DNA of 64,000 nucleotides, from NCBI GenBank assembly GCA_038999725.1, contig JAWBWS010000004.1, positions 10,296 through 74,295 of the forward strand. The letters are read 5' to 3'. Positions within the stretch are counted from its first letter, which is position 1. Each line of letters begins with the position of its first letter. The stretch comes from Candidatus Aenigmatarchaeota archaeon. Lineage in GTDB: Archaea; Aenigmatarchaeota; Aenigmatarchaeia; CG10238-14; SCSR01. The translations under genes and the position numbers were made by a program. The notes under the pieces are model-generated. The model was not told where the DNA came from. It made no database searches and saw nothing but the letters and a program-made list of their open reading frames with translations. Below, one piece after another: positions 1 through 10,336 of the stretch.

Positions 1-206
1 TTATGTTGAGCATTTAAAGGTCTAGTTGGTGCCATCACCAATACCTTGCTTTCAGGAAAATCGTTAAGCCTTTTTATTGCAACAATCATAGCTATTAGAG
101 TTTTCCCCATCCCAGTTGGTAACACAACTAAAGTGTTTTTCTTACTTGCAGTTTCTGCTATATTTTTTTGATATTCTCTTGGTTCGATATCCTTTAAGCT
201 TGTCAT
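1..206 (-). CDS. hef: Hef/ERCC4-like DEAD/DEAH-box helicase, N-terminus only (runs off the window edge)
   Basis: Manual translation MTSLKDIEPREYQKNIAETASKKNTLVVLPTGMGKTLIA...VMAPTRPLNAQH shows the Q motif, Walker A PTGxGKT and motif Ia APTRPL; not in the ORF track. Confidence 0.85.
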   Translation of the reverse strand, partial: MTSLKDIEPREYQKNIAETASKKNTLVVLPTGMGKTLIAMIVAIKRLNDFPESKVLVMAPTRPLNAQH

Positions 207-207
207 A

Positions 208-621
208 CTATTCTCCAATTACAGTTACAGAAACTTCTCTTTCTCTCGCTTCAAACATTTCAACAAAAAAAATGTTTTGCCAAGTGCCGAGCAAAAGCTT
301 CCCATCTTTTAATGGAATGGTTAAGAAAGTTTTTAATAAATTTGATTTAATGTGAGCGGTTGCATTTATATTGCCTTCATAATCGTGAAAATACTTCTCT
401 CTCAAAGGTAATATTTTCTCTAAAAATTTTATCAAGTCTTTTTGGATGGATTTATCATGCTCTTGAATTATAAGCGCTGCTGTATTGTGTAAAGCGTTGA
501 GAAAAACCATACCATTTTTAATTTTCGATTCCTTAACCGCTTTTTCAACTTCATCTGTTATCTTCACGAACTCATTTGTCCCTCTAGTTTTGATCTTTAT
601 ATTCTTTTGGAAAATTTTCAT
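208..621 (-). CDS. YjbQ/UPF0047 family protein
   Basis: HNTAAL...HDYEGNINATAHIKS...LLLGTWQNIFFVE motifs. Confidence 0.9.
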   Translation of the reverse strand: MKIFQKNIKIKTRGTNEFVKITDEVEKAVKESKIKNGMVFLNALHNTAALIIQEHDKSIQKDLIKFLEKILPLREKYFHDYEGNINATAHIKSNLLKTFLTIPLKDGKLLLGTWQNIFFVEMFEAREREVSVTVIGE

Positions 622-659
622 AGTTAAATTTTAATTAGATTTAAATATAAGCAGTTACC

Positions 660-1340
660 ATGAGAGTTGCTGTGTTGTTCAGTGGAGGGAAAGACTCAAC
701 TTATGCTACTTACCTTGCTAAAAAACAGGGCTATGAAATCAAGTATTTGGTCACAATAATTCCTCAAAGAGAAGACTCTTGGATGTTTCATTATCCTTGC
801 ATAAATTTAACAAAATTGCAAGCCAAGGCCCTTGGTATTAGGCAAATAACACAAAAAACAAAGGGTGAAAGGGGAAAAGAGCTTGAAGATTTAAAGAGAA
901 TTTTGGAAAAAATAAAAAATGATATTGATGCTGTAATCTCTGGTGCTATTGCTAGCAACTATCAAAAATCAAGAATCGATGAAGTTTGCAAGGAGTTGGA
1001 CATTAAGCATTTAACTCCACTTTGGCAGAAAGATCAAGAAGAAGTTTTGAAGGAAGAGTTGAATGCCGGTTTTGAAATTATGATAACAGGAGTTTTCTCA
1101 GAAGGTTTTGACGAAAGTTGGTTGGGAAGAAGAATTGATGAAGAAGTAGTAAAAGAGCTCTTGAAGCTCAAGAGGAGATTTGGAATTTATGTTAGTGGCG
1201 AGGGCGGTGAATATGAGACTATTGTTTTAAATTGCCCTTTGTTCAAGAAGAGAATTGAAATTTCTAGCTTCAAGAAAATTTGGGACGAGAAGACAAAAAG
1301 TGGATACATTGTTGTTAAAAGGGTTAAACTTAAGAGTTGA
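660..1340 (+). CDS. dph6: Diphthine--ammonia ligase (PP-loop ATPase)
   Basis: LFSGGKDS, SWMFH, GAIASNYQ and GEGGEYET motifs. Confidence 0.9.
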   Translation: MRVAVLFSGGKDSTYATYLAKKQGYEIKYLVTIIPQREDSWMFHYPCINLTKLQAKALGIRQITQKTKGERGKELEDLKRILEKIKNDIDAVISGAIASNYQKSRIDEVCKELDIKHLTPLWQKDQEEVLKEELNAGFEIMITGVFSEGFDESWLGRRIDEEVVKELLKLKRRFGIYVSGEGGEYETIVLNCPLFKKRIEISSFKKIWDEKTKSGYIVVKRVKLKS

Positions 1341-1377
1341 TTCAACTTTTTATTCTTCTTCACCATATCTTTATTTG

Positions 1378-2793
1378 ATGGTTAAACTCGTTTTTTATGG
1401 TGGGGTTAATGAAATAGGCGGAAACAAAATTTTGATTGAAGATGAAGAAACGAGAATATTTCTCGATTTTGGCATGAGTTTTGCTCAATCTTCCAAATAT
1501 TTTTCAGAATTTTTACAACCTAGAGTTTGTTCTGGCTTGAGCGACTTGATAGAACTTGGGATAATTCCAGACTTGAAAGGAATTTACAGGAATGATTTAC
1601 TTGCTCACGAAGGCAAACCTTTGACAGAAAAGCCAATGATAGATGCGGTTTTTCTCTCACACGCTCATGCTGATCATAGCTGGAATATATCTTTACTTCA
1701 TCCAGAAATTCCAATTTTTTGCGGCGAAACCACAAAGCTCATGCTCAAAGCAGCTCAAGAAACTTCTCGAGGTTTATATTATGAAGATTTTTACATTTAT
1801 CGGGAATGTTTTGTGGATAGAAGGAAAAAACCTGAAAAAGAGAGAAATTTCAAGACTTTTAGAACTGGAGACAAGATAAAAATTAAAGACATAGAAGTTG
1901 AGCCTATTCATGTCGATCACAGCATTCCTGGAGCTTACGGGTTTTTAGTCCACACATCATCTGGAACAATAGCTTATTCTGGTGACATAAGAATGCATGG
2001 CCCAAAGAAAGAGATGAGTGAAGATTTCATACAAGCAGCAAGAAAAGAAAGATCAGAAGCCCTCATCTTGGAAGGCACAAACATAGATAATCGAATGGTA
2101 AGTTTAACCGAGAATCAAGTCTTTAAAACTGTTACCAAACTAATTTCACAAACTAAGAAGCTTGTGCTTTGTGATTTTCCAATAAGGGATGTAGATAGAC
2201 TCAAAACTTTTTTTGAAGCTGGAAGGAAAAATGGTAGAAAATTTGTTACAAACATGAAGCAAGCTTATTTGATAGAGCTTCTGAATAAAGAAGATAAAAA
2301 ACTAGAGCTTCCTAGTTTGGATGAATTCCAAATATTCCTTCATAAGAGCAGTTGGGGAAATTACGAAAAGCAAGACTACTACAAATGGCAGCAAAAATTT
2401 TTAGATTACCCAAATGTGATAAAAGCCGAAGATTTAGCAAAACAACAGGAAAAATTTGTCCTCTACATGGAGTTTTTTGATTTGACCGAACTTCTGGATA
2501 TAAAACCATCAAATGGAAGCTTGTTTATTCATTCTTTAACAGAGCCTTTCAATGAAGAAATGGCTTTAGATTTCAATAAGATGTTGAACTGGTTGAACAA
2601 GTTTAAAATCCCATTTAAACACGTCCACGCTTCCGGACATGCGGACATATCTCAACTCAAAAAAATTGCTGAAGGAATATCTCCAAAGAAAATTTTTCCA
2701 ATTCACACGGAGAGGCCAGATCTTTTCATCAACCTCACTAAAAAGGCTAAGGTTATTATACCAGAAGTTGGAAGGGGTATTGAGGTTTTTTAA
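1378..2793 (+). CDS. MBL-fold beta-CASP metallo-hydrolase (RNase J-like)
   Basis: GGVNEIGGN, DFG, SHAHADH, VDHS, SGD, HASGH and PIHT motifs; start moved to ATG 1378. Confidence 0.85.
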   Translation: MVKLVFYGGVNEIGGNKILIEDEETRIFLDFGMSFAQSSKYFSEFLQPRVCSGLSDLIELGIIPDLKGIYRNDLLAHEGKPLTEKPMIDAVFLSHAHADHSWNISLLHPEIPIFCGETTKLMLKAAQETSRGLYYEDFYIYRECFVDRRKKPEKERNFKTFRTGDKIKIKDIEVEPIHVDHSIPGAYGFLVHTSSGTIAYSGDIRMHGPKKEMSEDFIQAARKERSEALILEGTNIDNRMVSLTENQVFKTVTKLISQTKKLVLCDFPIRDVDRLKTFFEAGRKNGRKFVTNMKQAYLIELLNKEDKKLELPSLDEFQIFLHKSSWGNYEKQDYYKWQQKFLDYPNVIKAEDLAKQQEKFVLYMEFFDLTELLDIKPSNGSLFIHSLTEPFNEEMALDFNKMLNWLNKFKIPFKHVHASGHADISQLKKIAEGISPKKIFPIHTERPDLFINLTKKAKVIIPEVGRGIEVF

Positions 2794-3173
2794 TGTCAAA
2801 AGGAGTTTATTCTTTGTTAATAGAACTCGAGAAAGATCAAGAAATAAGAATAGGTAAGCTTGGCAAGTTCAAATTTCCAAAAGGCTTTTACATCTATACA
2901 GGCTCGGCTTTAAACAACCTAGAATCAAGATTGAATAGGCATTTCAGAAAACAAAAGAAAAAATTTTGGCACATTGATTATTTCCTTGCAAACAAATATG
3001 CTAAGATAGTAAGTGTATTAAAAATTAAAACAGGCTTAAGGCTGGAGTGTAAGCTCAACCAAACAATACAAAAGAATTTGAAAGCTTCAATTCTTGTGAA
3101 AAAATTTGGCTCTTCTGATTGTGATTGTGAAAGCCATTTTCTTTACTTACAGAATAATTATTCAAAAAGCTAA
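2793..3173 (+). CDS. DUF123 / GIY-YIG-like nuclease
   Basis: KGVYSL...GFYIYTGSA...RLNRH...WHIDY...FGSSDCDCESH. Confidence 0.85.
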   Translation: MSKGVYSLLIELEKDQEIRIGKLGKFKFPKGFYIYTGSALNNLESRLNRHFRKQKKKFWHIDYFLANKYAKIVSVLKIKTGLRLECKLNQTIQKNLKASILVKKFGSSDCDCESHFLYLQNNYSKS

Positions 3174-3182
3174 ATTTTTGTT

Positions 3183-3557
3183 ATGGGGTTGATCAAAAAT
3201 TTGGTAGGTTTTGGTTTAATTTTCTTGGCATGGTTTAATCCATTTGAGTTATTTTTCCCATTCAGGTTAACTTTTTTCATCATTGGCTTTGATTTAACTA
3301 GCTGGCAGGCAAAGCTCATCTTATTCCTAATTAATTTTTTCTTCCCCTTATTTGGTGAAGAAGGTTTGTTTTTGGTTTGGGTTCTTCTCTTCTTGCTGAT
3401 TGTGGAATTCATTTTTTCTCACTTCAAAATTTTAAAAATTTTGATCATAATTTCCAAGCCATTGATAATTTTCTTCTCCCTTTTATCGGCTTTGAGCGAT
3501 TTTCAGCTAGCTTTGATAATAGCTGGAATAGATTTAATTTTAAATTTGAAACACTAG
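3183..3557 (+). CDS. Hypothetical membrane protein
   Basis: Strongly hydrophobic ORF in the same run of genes. Confidence 0.6.
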   Translation: MGLIKNLVGFGLIFLAWFNPFELFFPFRLTFFIIGFDLTSWQAKLILFLINFFFPLFGEEGLFLVWVLLFLLIVEFIFSHFKILKILIIISKPLIIFFSLLSALSDFQLALIIAGIDLILNLKH

Positions 3558-3568
3558 CTTTTAATTAA

Positions 3569-3663
3569 GCCGAGGTCGCCTAACTGGTAGGGCACCGGTC
3601 TCGAAAACCGGCGGGCGCAAAATTTTGCGTAAGCCCATGTGGGTTCAAATCCCACCCTCGGCG
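3569..3663 (+). tRNA. tRNA-Ser(CGA) with a 12-nt intron (3621-3632) in the variable-arm loop
   Basis: Acceptor GCCGAGG/CCTCGGC, anticodon arm CCGGT-CTCGAAA-ACCGG, T arm GTGGG-TTCAAAT-CCCAC; BHB helix GCGC/GCGT; excision gives GGGC-GCAA-GCCC. Confidence 0.9.
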
Positions 3664-3953
3664 CAATCAAATCTTTATATGCTTTTCGCTTTTTCTCCTT
3701 CTGACACCTTTTGGGATAAAGTTCAAAAAATAAGGAAGTTTTGTGAAAAGGAAAAATTGAATCAATACTGGCAAAAACTGAATGAAATTGCAGAAAAAGA
3801 TAGGTTTTGTTGTTGATACAGCTAAAAACATCTTTGAACCCCAGAGATCTTACCATTTAATTTGTTGCCACAGCTTCTATTTCTACACCAGATTTAGTGG
3901 GATATGCAAAATCAAAGATAGAAGCATTGTATCAAATTAGTAAACGAAGCAAT

Positions 3954-4601
3954 TCAAACTACTTTCATCGCTTTATATAACATCTTTTCTAATTTCATTA
4001 AATTTTTTTGGTAAGGAGTGGTAGCAAGGTTGATGCTACTTTCTAGAACTTCTCTTGGAGTACAAGGTATGAGGTTAAATAAATCAGTACTCACAAAAAA
4101 TAGATCTTTGTTAAACTCTTCCCCATATCCCAAATTAAGCAATATTCTATCTGAGATGGACTTAACCTTTTCCCATCTCTTATCCCTTTTAACTTCTTCT
4201 TCATTTCTAGGATCGTCTGCCGACAAGCATTCTATTCGATACTCTTCTCCCAAAATTTTTCTAGCATCATAACTTAACCTTGGAATGTGCCAATAGTTTG
4301 AAATAGGATATACTTTATCTATGTGTTCTAGACGATTAAGAAGAGAAAGTAACATCTTGCAATAATATAAGTTAGATAATGTACTATAAGAAAATGGCTC
4401 TACCATAATTTTTTTTCTATCGACGCCTTTATTTGATATGTAAGAAGTAATTGGATCCGCCTCATTTTTTCCACAAACTATGAGCATATCTACTGTAGAA
4501 TTGTCATATGCTTTAATTGCTATGTCAGCTCTTGCCTTTGTATGAAGTTGTAAACTCCCGTCTGGATTAACACCAGCTCCATGAACTATTCCTACTTTCA
4601 T
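3954..4601 (-). CDS. YdcF/DUF218 family protein
   Basis: GIVHGAG...ARADIA...IVCG...EA...VEPFSYSTLSN...SNYWHIPR. Confidence 0.8.
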   Translation of the reverse strand: MKVGIVHGAGVNPDGSLQLHTKARADIAIKAYDNSTVDMLIVCGKNEADPITSYISNKGVDRKKIMVEPFSYSTLSNLYYCKMLLSLLNRLEHIDKVYPISNYWHIPRLSYDARKILGEEYRIECLSADDPRNEEEVKRDKRWEKVKSISDRILLNLGYGEEFNKDLFFVSTDLFNLIPCTPREVLESSINLATTPYQKNLMKLEKMLYKAMKVV

Positions 4602-4635
4602 GATATTGTATAAAATCATAAAAGATTTAAATCTT

Positions 4636-4881
4636 TCATCTACATTTCCAGTACACAATCACAAAGAAAAAGATTATAACGATAAAGGAAAATAATATTA
4701 TCCAAACAGAAAATTCTGTAACCGCTACTTGATATCCTGTGCTTGATGGCTGTGAAATCCAGATGAATTTACCTTGTAAAGAAGAAAAAAATATTAAAAC
4801 AATAACTGATAATATGACTAAGATTGAAACTATTGTACTTCTCTTATGAAACTTCCATACTTCTTTTAATATCTCTTCCAT
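4636..4881 (-). CDS. Small two-TM hypothetical protein
   Basis: Two hydrophobic stretches; overlaps the upstream gene. Confidence 0.55.
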   Translation of the reverse strand: MEEILKEVWKFHKRSTIVSILVILSVIVLIFFSSLQGKFIWISQPSSTGYQVAVTEFSVWIILFSFIVIIFFFVIVYWKCR

Positions 4882-5279
4882 TTAAACCATCTTAAATCTA
4901 TATCACATATTTGGTGTGCTAATAGATTAATTCCAACGATTAAAGAATATTGAGGAAAAAGATTTAAAGTTAACGAATACAATAGAAGTGAGATTATAGC
5001 ATGGAAAATTGTTCTACTTCGAGATGGATAATGTAATTTCCCTCCTTCATAAAATTCGGCGAATAATTTGCTGGGCATATATTTTTCTCTTAAAATGATT
5101 TTCATTGCACTTTTCCCCTTTACCATAACAGAATATAAAAGATGATCCAAGTCTATTAAAGTACCGAAAATCACACCCAAAAAAATCCAAAACATACCAG
5201 TTTGGATATCTAAACCAAGATATGCAACTACTACGTAAGAAATTACTAAACTTACGGCAGCATGTTGCCAAAGATACAT
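4866..5279 (-). CDS. Membrane metal-dependent hydrolase (YdjM-like)
   Basis: H...LIDLDH...RTIFH...HQICD motifs in a hydrophobic protein. Confidence 0.75.
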   Translation of the reverse strand: MYLWQHAAVSLVISYVVVAYLGLDIQTGMFWIFLGVIFGTLIDLDHLLYSVMVKGKSAMKIILREKYMPSKLFAEFYEGGKLHYPSRSRTIFHAIISLLLYSLTLNLFPQYSLIVGINLLAHQICDIDLRWFKWKRY

Positions 5280-5408
5280 TATTAGAAATTGAGAGTTATA
5301 GAATAAAATTTTTTAACTGTTGAATTTTTCGCTAGAATTTTTGTTATTTTGTGTGCTTTCTTATATTTTGCTTAGATTTTTTATTAAGGCTTTGTGGATG
5401 ATTTCTGT

Positions 5409-5568
5409 TATTCAGCTCAAAAGATCTAGAAGGTTTAGAAGAAGTAGCTGCTAAGAAAATGAATATATCTCAACCAACCTTTAACAGGCTAGTTACTTCC
5501 GCAAGAAAAAAATTGCTGATGCTATAGTTAATGGAAAAGCAATTAAAATTGAAGGGGGAATTTTGTAG
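5409..5568 (+). pseudogene. DUF134/UPF0251 HTH protein remnant
   Basis: KDLEGLEEVAAKKMNISQPTFNRLVTSARKK, frameshift in an A-run, then IADAIVNGKAIKIEGG; N-terminus missing. Confidence 0.75.
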
Positions 5569-5819
5569 TAGCTAGGAGATTTAGAAGATGTGGAAAATGA
5601 TGTAAAAAAGATAAAAGTTTGGATAAATATTTTAAGCGGAACACCAAGAGGAACATAAATAACATAAGCAACAAAGACACATAACATTCAATAAAATGTC
5701 AGGAAATGCTAATTCCAACAAAACAGTTCAAACTAGAGTTCATTCCCTATCCTAGGCGTCCTTGTGGCCAGAAAAAGATTTAAAACTCTAGCATCAGAGT
5801 TTAAAAAGTAGAAGTTATT

Positions 5820-6320
5820 CTAAATTTTTTTTAAAATATTCTTTTCTCGATTATAAATTTCTTCTAATTCTTCATCTGTCAAAACTTTTATACTTTCCCT
5901 TTTTAGCAGGGCTGTTGTTACACCATCGCCAGATATATATTTCTTGTAGTATTGGTTGCCACCAAGGGTTTTTCCACGACCACAAGAAGGGCTGTATTGA
6001 TTTAGATAAGCCATTTTTATGTTATGTTTCTTAGCTATTTCCAAGACCTTATAGGCACCTTTAATAAAATTTTCTGTGACATCTTTTCCTTCTTCGTCTA
6101 TAACTATAGTTTTTCCATCAAGGACAGCATTTCCATCAAATTCTTCATCTTTAGACAGAATTCTCGCCGCACTTCTGGGTGTTGGAAGACCACCCAAAAC
6201 TTCTGGGCATATAGGATAGGCAATACCTTTCTTAACTAATTCCAATATTTTTTGATTAGTTCTGCTCCTTCCTCTATAATTACATTTGATGCCAGTCAAG
6301 CAGGCACTCACCAAAATCAT
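5820..6320 (-). CDS. DUF523 family (2-thiouracil desulfurase-like) Fe-S protein
   Basis: ILVSACLTG.KCNY, PICPEVLGGLPTPR, SPSCG, GDGVT. Confidence 0.9.
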   Translation of the reverse strand: MILVSACLTGIKCNYRGRSRTNQKILELVKKGIAYPICPEVLGGLPTPRSAARILSKDEEFDGNAVLDGKTIVIDEEGKDVTENFIKGAYKVLEIAKKHNIKMAYLNQYSPSCGRGKTLGGNQYYKKYISGDGVTTALLKRESIKVLTDEELEEIYNREKNILKKI

Positions 6321-6433
6321 CTCACACCAACTTTTCTCATAAATACTTTAAATCCAGGGTATAAAAATCCCGAAGAAAGCTTTGGTAAATTCCACAATAA
6401 TTATAAATTTAGTTAAAGGCTGAATTATTTTTT

Positions 6434-7111
6434 ATGAAGCCTGTGATAGAATTAAGACAAGTTAGTAAAGTTTACAAAATGGACGAAGTTGAAGTAATAG
6501 CCTTAAAAGAAATAAATCTCAAAATAATGGAAAAAGAATTTGTAGCTATAATTGGGCCTTCTGGTTCTGGAAAATCCACACTTTTACATTTGATGGGCTT
6601 GCTTGATAAGCCAACAACAGGAAAAATTTTTTTGGATGGCATAGATGTTTCAAAACTAAATGACAAACAGCTTGCAAAGTTAAGAGGAGAAAAAATAGGT
6701 TTTGTATTTCAATTTTTTAACCTATATCCAACTTTAACTGCCTTGGAAAATGTTAAGCTACCAATGACGATCGCTAAAAAAGATAAGAAGGAAAGTGAGA
6801 AACGTGCAATCGAGCTTTTGAAAAAAGTTGGTTTGGAAAAGAGAGCCAATCACCTACCTTCTCAATTGTCGGGAGGGGAAAGGCAAAGGGTAGCAATAGC
6901 AAGAGCTTTGGCAAATAACCCTTCTCTAATTTTAGCCGACGAACCTACAGGAAACCTTGATTCAAAAACTGGGGAAGAGATAATGAAAATATTCGATAAG
7001 CTACAGGAAGAGGGTAAAACTGTTGTGGTGGTAACACATGAAATTAATATAGCAAAATATGCTGAAAGACTAATTTATTTAAAAGATGGGAGAATAATTA
7101 AAGAGGGATGA
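6434..7111 (+). CDS. ABC transporter ATP-binding protein (LolD/MacB type)
   Basis: GPSGSGKS, LSGGERQRVAIARAL, ADEPTGNLD. Confidence 0.95.
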   Translation: MKPVIELRQVSKVYKMDEVEVIALKEINLKIMEKEFVAIIGPSGSGKSTLLHLMGLLDKPTTGKIFLDGIDVSKLNDKQLAKLRGEKIGFVFQFFNLYPTLTALENVKLPMTIAKKDKKESEKRAIELLKKVGLEKRANHLPSQLSGGERQRVAIARALANNPSLILADEPTGNLDSKTGEEIMKIFDKLQEEGKTVVVVTHEINIAKYAERLIYLKDGRIIKEG

Positions 7112-8337
7112 AAATGAAAAAGAAAATTTTCCTTATATTTTTGGTTTTAATTTGTATAATAAGCTTTGACAATGCTCAAGCTGATCCAATAATTCAGGCT
7201 ACTTTTTCAGTTTACCCCCTTACCATTTATCCAGGAAGTGATGGCTACATTCAAATGGTTTTGAAGAACACTGGAAATGCCATTGCCACCCAAGTTAAAA
7301 TTTCAAGAGTTTCTTCTGATGCACCAATAAAAATTTCTGGAGATTGGATCTCTGGGTTAGGTGGTTTAGGCATAGGTGATACCGCCACACTACTTTTTAA
7401 ATTTTCAGTTTTGAACACGGCTTCTCCAGGTTTGTACAATGTGAAATTTGATATAGATTACTGCCAAGATTCTGGTTGTAAAACAATAACACCAAATGCT
7501 ATAATTAACATTCAATCTCCACCAAATGTTCAATTAGTTTCCATCTCACCATCTTATCTTAAACCCAGAGAAAGAACAAATATAACTTTCACCATAGCAA
7601 ACAAGGGTAATGTACCAATAAACAATTTGATTTTCAGTTGGTCTGCATCCAGCTATATATTGCCAATTGGTTATGACAATAGGGTAATAATTCCATATTT
7701 GCCGCCAAATTCCATTCATGAGATTGAAAGAGAGGTTGCCGTCAGCTCAAGTGCAACTCCTGGTGTTTATCCTGTAACTATAATCTTCCAATACACAGAC
7801 AAGTCTGGAACAAATCAAACAATAACTTCAATAGCAGGGATTGAAATAACTGGTGAAACTGATTTTGAAGTAAGTGTTCAAGAAGCTTCTTCTTCATCTT
7901 TAACTTTAACTATAGCAAACACGGGAATGAACCCAGCCTATTCAGTCCTCGTGAGAATTCCTAAACAAGAAAGTCTTTTCGTCATTGGTAGTTCTTCAAA
8001 TATTATCGGCAATTTAAATCCAGGCGATTACACTTTCACAACTTTTCAGCTTATTAGCTTACCAAATGCTACAGATAAAAGGCATCTTTTGATTGAAATT
8101 CATTACACTGATGTTTTGGGTTTAAGAAGAATCCTGGAAAAAGAAATAAATACTTTCGAGCTAAGAACATTTTCCAATAGAACCATTCCAACCATCTCAA
8201 GATCTAGAACCATGAGCTCCCCTTTAACAAGCAACAGCACATTTTACATAATAATTGGAGTTGTGGGGATAATCCTAATCATAATTGTACTGAATTTTTT
8301 TGTTTTCAAAAGATTCAAAACTTTTAAAAGGAAATGA
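7108..8337 (+). CDS. COG1361 S-layer-like secreted protein with C-terminal TM anchor
   Basis: Signal peptide, repeated Ig-like NxG...A motifs, C-terminal TM, position between ABC ATPase and permease. Confidence 0.75.
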   Translation: MKMKKKIFLIFLVLICIISFDNAQADPIIQATFSVYPLTIYPGSDGYIQMVLKNTGNAIATQVKISRVSSDAPIKISGDWISGLGGLGIGDTATLLFKFSVLNTASPGLYNVKFDIDYCQDSGCKTITPNAIINIQSPPNVQLVSISPSYLKPRERTNITFTIANKGNVPINNLIFSWSASSYILPIGYDNRVIIPYLPPNSIHEIEREVAVSSSATPGVYPVTIIFQYTDKSGTNQTITSIAGIEITGETDFEVSVQEASSSSLTLTIANTGMNPAYSVLVRIPKQESLFVIGSSSNIIGNLNPGDYTFTTFQLISLPNATDKRHLLIEIHYTDVLGLRRILEKEINTFELRTFSNRTIPTISRSRTMSSPLTSNSTFYIIIGVVGIILIIIVLNFFVFKRFKTFKRK

Positions 8338-9602
8338 GGATGAGGATAAGTGACGCCATAAGCCTTTCTCTGAGAAATCTTTCTCAAAGAGGTTTGAGGA
8401 GTTGGCTCACTATTTTAGGGATAGTTATAGGAATAGCTGCAGTTGTAAGCATACTTTCTGTTGGTGAGGGCATGAAGGAAAGCATCTCTTCTCAACTCAG
8501 TAGTTTGGGTGGAGATTTGGTAACAATTTCACCTGGTGCAACAAGGGCAAGAGGAGAATTTGCTGATGTGAGAACATTTTTTCAAGCAAGATTTGGAAGG
8601 GTTGATGTGAAGCTTAATGATAAAGATATTCAAGTAATCAAATCAATCCCTGAAGTGAAATATGTTTCTGGAGTAGTTTCTGGAAGAGCTGAATTGAGCT
8701 ACTTGGGAGAAAAAGTTTATGTTATGGTTCAGGCTGTGGATGAAAAAGTTTGGAAAGATATGATTAATCTTGAGGTTGAAGATGGAAGAAATTTGATGTC
8801 AGGGGATGTTGATGTTGTTGTGATTGGAAATTATGTTGCCAATAGAATGTTTAAAAATCCAATTTCACTAAACTCTCAAATAAATGTTGCAGGAAAATCT
8901 TTCAGAGTTGTTGGAATTTTGAAAGCTTCTAGTGGTGTTGGTGGGATGATAGGAATCGATAATTCAATTTACATACCTTTGGCTTCAGCAAAAACTGTTT
9001 TAAATGTAACCTCAAGTGAGTACAATTCAATTCTTGTTAAGGTCAGTAATGTTGAAATTGTGGATGAAATTGTAGAAAGAATTGACAAGCTTTTAATGCT
9101 TTCAAGGAAAGTCACAGAAGATACAAAAGATTACACCATAACTTCAGTTAAAAGCATCCAAGAAAGAGTCTTGAGTGTGACAGGAACTTTGAATTTCTTC
9201 CTAGCTGGAATAGCGGCAATTTCCTTGATAGTTGGGGCTGTTGGTATTGCTAACACGATGTTTATGTCAGTGATGGAGAGAACAAGGCAAATTGGTACTC
9301 TAAAAGCTTTGGGGGCAACAGATTATGAAGTTATGTTACTATTCTTGATAGAATCAGGATTTATAGGCTTGGTTGGGGGTTTGATAGGAATTTCTTCAGG
9401 CTTCATAGTTTCTGGAATAATTTCTGAAATTGGAATTAGGATGCTGGGGATGGGTGGCATGGCTCAAACAGTTGTTTATATTTCACCTCAACTTATCCTC
9501 TTCACAATCAGCTTCTCAGTTTTGATAGGGGTTATTTCTGGTTTGTTGCCTGCAAGAAGGGCAGCAAAGCTACAGCCAGTTGAAGCTTTGAGATATGAGT
9601 AA
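8334..9602 (+). CDS. ABC transporter permease (MacB/FtsX family)
   Basis: RSWLTILGIVIGIA, SVMERTRQIGTLKALGA, PARRAAKLQPVEALRYE. Confidence 0.95.
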   Translation: MRMRISDAISLSLRNLSQRGLRSWLTILGIVIGIAAVVSILSVGEGMKESISSQLSSLGGDLVTISPGATRARGEFADVRTFFQARFGRVDVKLNDKDIQVIKSIPEVKYVSGVVSGRAELSYLGEKVYVMVQAVDEKVWKDMINLEVEDGRNLMSGDVDVVVIGNYVANRMFKNPISLNSQINVAGKSFRVVGILKASSGVGGMIGIDNSIYIPLASAKTVLNVTSSEYNSILVKVSNVEIVDEIVERIDKLLMLSRKVTEDTKDYTITSVKSIQERVLSVTGTLNFFLAGIAAISLIVGAVGIANTMFMSVMERTRQIGTLKALGATDYEVMLLFLIESGFIGLVGGLIGISSGFIVSGIISEIGIRMLGMGGMAQTVVYISPQLILFTISFSVLIGVISGLLPARRAAKLQPVEALRYE

Positions 9603-9633
9603 AATTATTCTTATCTTATGAGAAAAATTAATT

Positions 9634-10257
9634 ATGGCGTTTGAAGGTATTTTTGAAGCAATTTCCAGACTACCTTACTATTCTCAAATTTCTTCAATAA
9701 TTGGAGAACCATTTTTTAAAATTTTCACATTCACCTTTATTCTTTTCATTTTTGGTATGATAATGTGGGAATTTTATTCCACGCTAGGTGAAAGAGACTT
9801 GTTCAAGATAAAAATAGAGCCTCAAGCAGGCAAGTGGAAAAAGATTAAAGAAATCCTATTCTTCATCTTCAAATACACTATTGCCTTCCCATTTTACACC
9901 TTCTTCTGGTTTATTATATTTTCCATCTTCCTCATATTTCTCGCCAAATCAGTGAACGTGCAAGAAATTTTCTTAATTTCAATTGCCATGATATCCTTTG
10001 TTAGAATAACAGCTTATTACAAAGAAGAGCTTGCCGTATTTGTGGCCCAAGTGATACCTGCTACCTTTCTTGTTATTTTCTTGACAGATCCTACATTCTT
10101 TTCAATCGACCTTATACTTGCTAGATGGGAAGAGTTTCTCTCTTCCTTCCCAGGATTTTTGTACTATCTTCTTTTCACAATATGCCTTGAATGGTTGTTG
10201 AGAATTTTTTATTTGCTCAAACTTGCAATTCTTAAAAAAATAAGGGAAAATTGGTAA
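9634..10257 (+). CDS. Hypothetical multi-pass membrane protein
   Basis: About 5 hydrophobic segments. Confidence 0.7.
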   Translation: MAFEGIFEAISRLPYYSQISSIIGEPFFKIFTFTFILFIFGMIMWEFYSTLGERDLFKIKIEPQAGKWKKIKEILFFIFKYTIAFPFYTFFWFIIFSIFLIFLAKSVNVQEIFLISIAMISFVRITAYYKEELAVFVAQVIPATFLVIFLTDPTFFSIDLILARWEEFLSSFPGFLYYLLFTICLEWLLRIFYLLKLAILKKIRENW

Positions 10258-10336
10258 AGGAAAATGATTTAACCACATCAGTGGCAATTTGTTATTCTGT
10301 TGGTGTGAATTAGCTACAAGAACCATAGATTAAAAT

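Noticed and set aside
1255..1377. N-terminal extension of the MBL hydrolase in the ORF track
   Set aside because: It overlaps dph6, and the family motif starts at ATG 1378.
3554..3950. ORFs 3554-3856 (-) and 3625-3816 (+)
   Set aside because: Both overlap tRNA-Ser. The rest may be a gene remnant, but I cannot assign a family.
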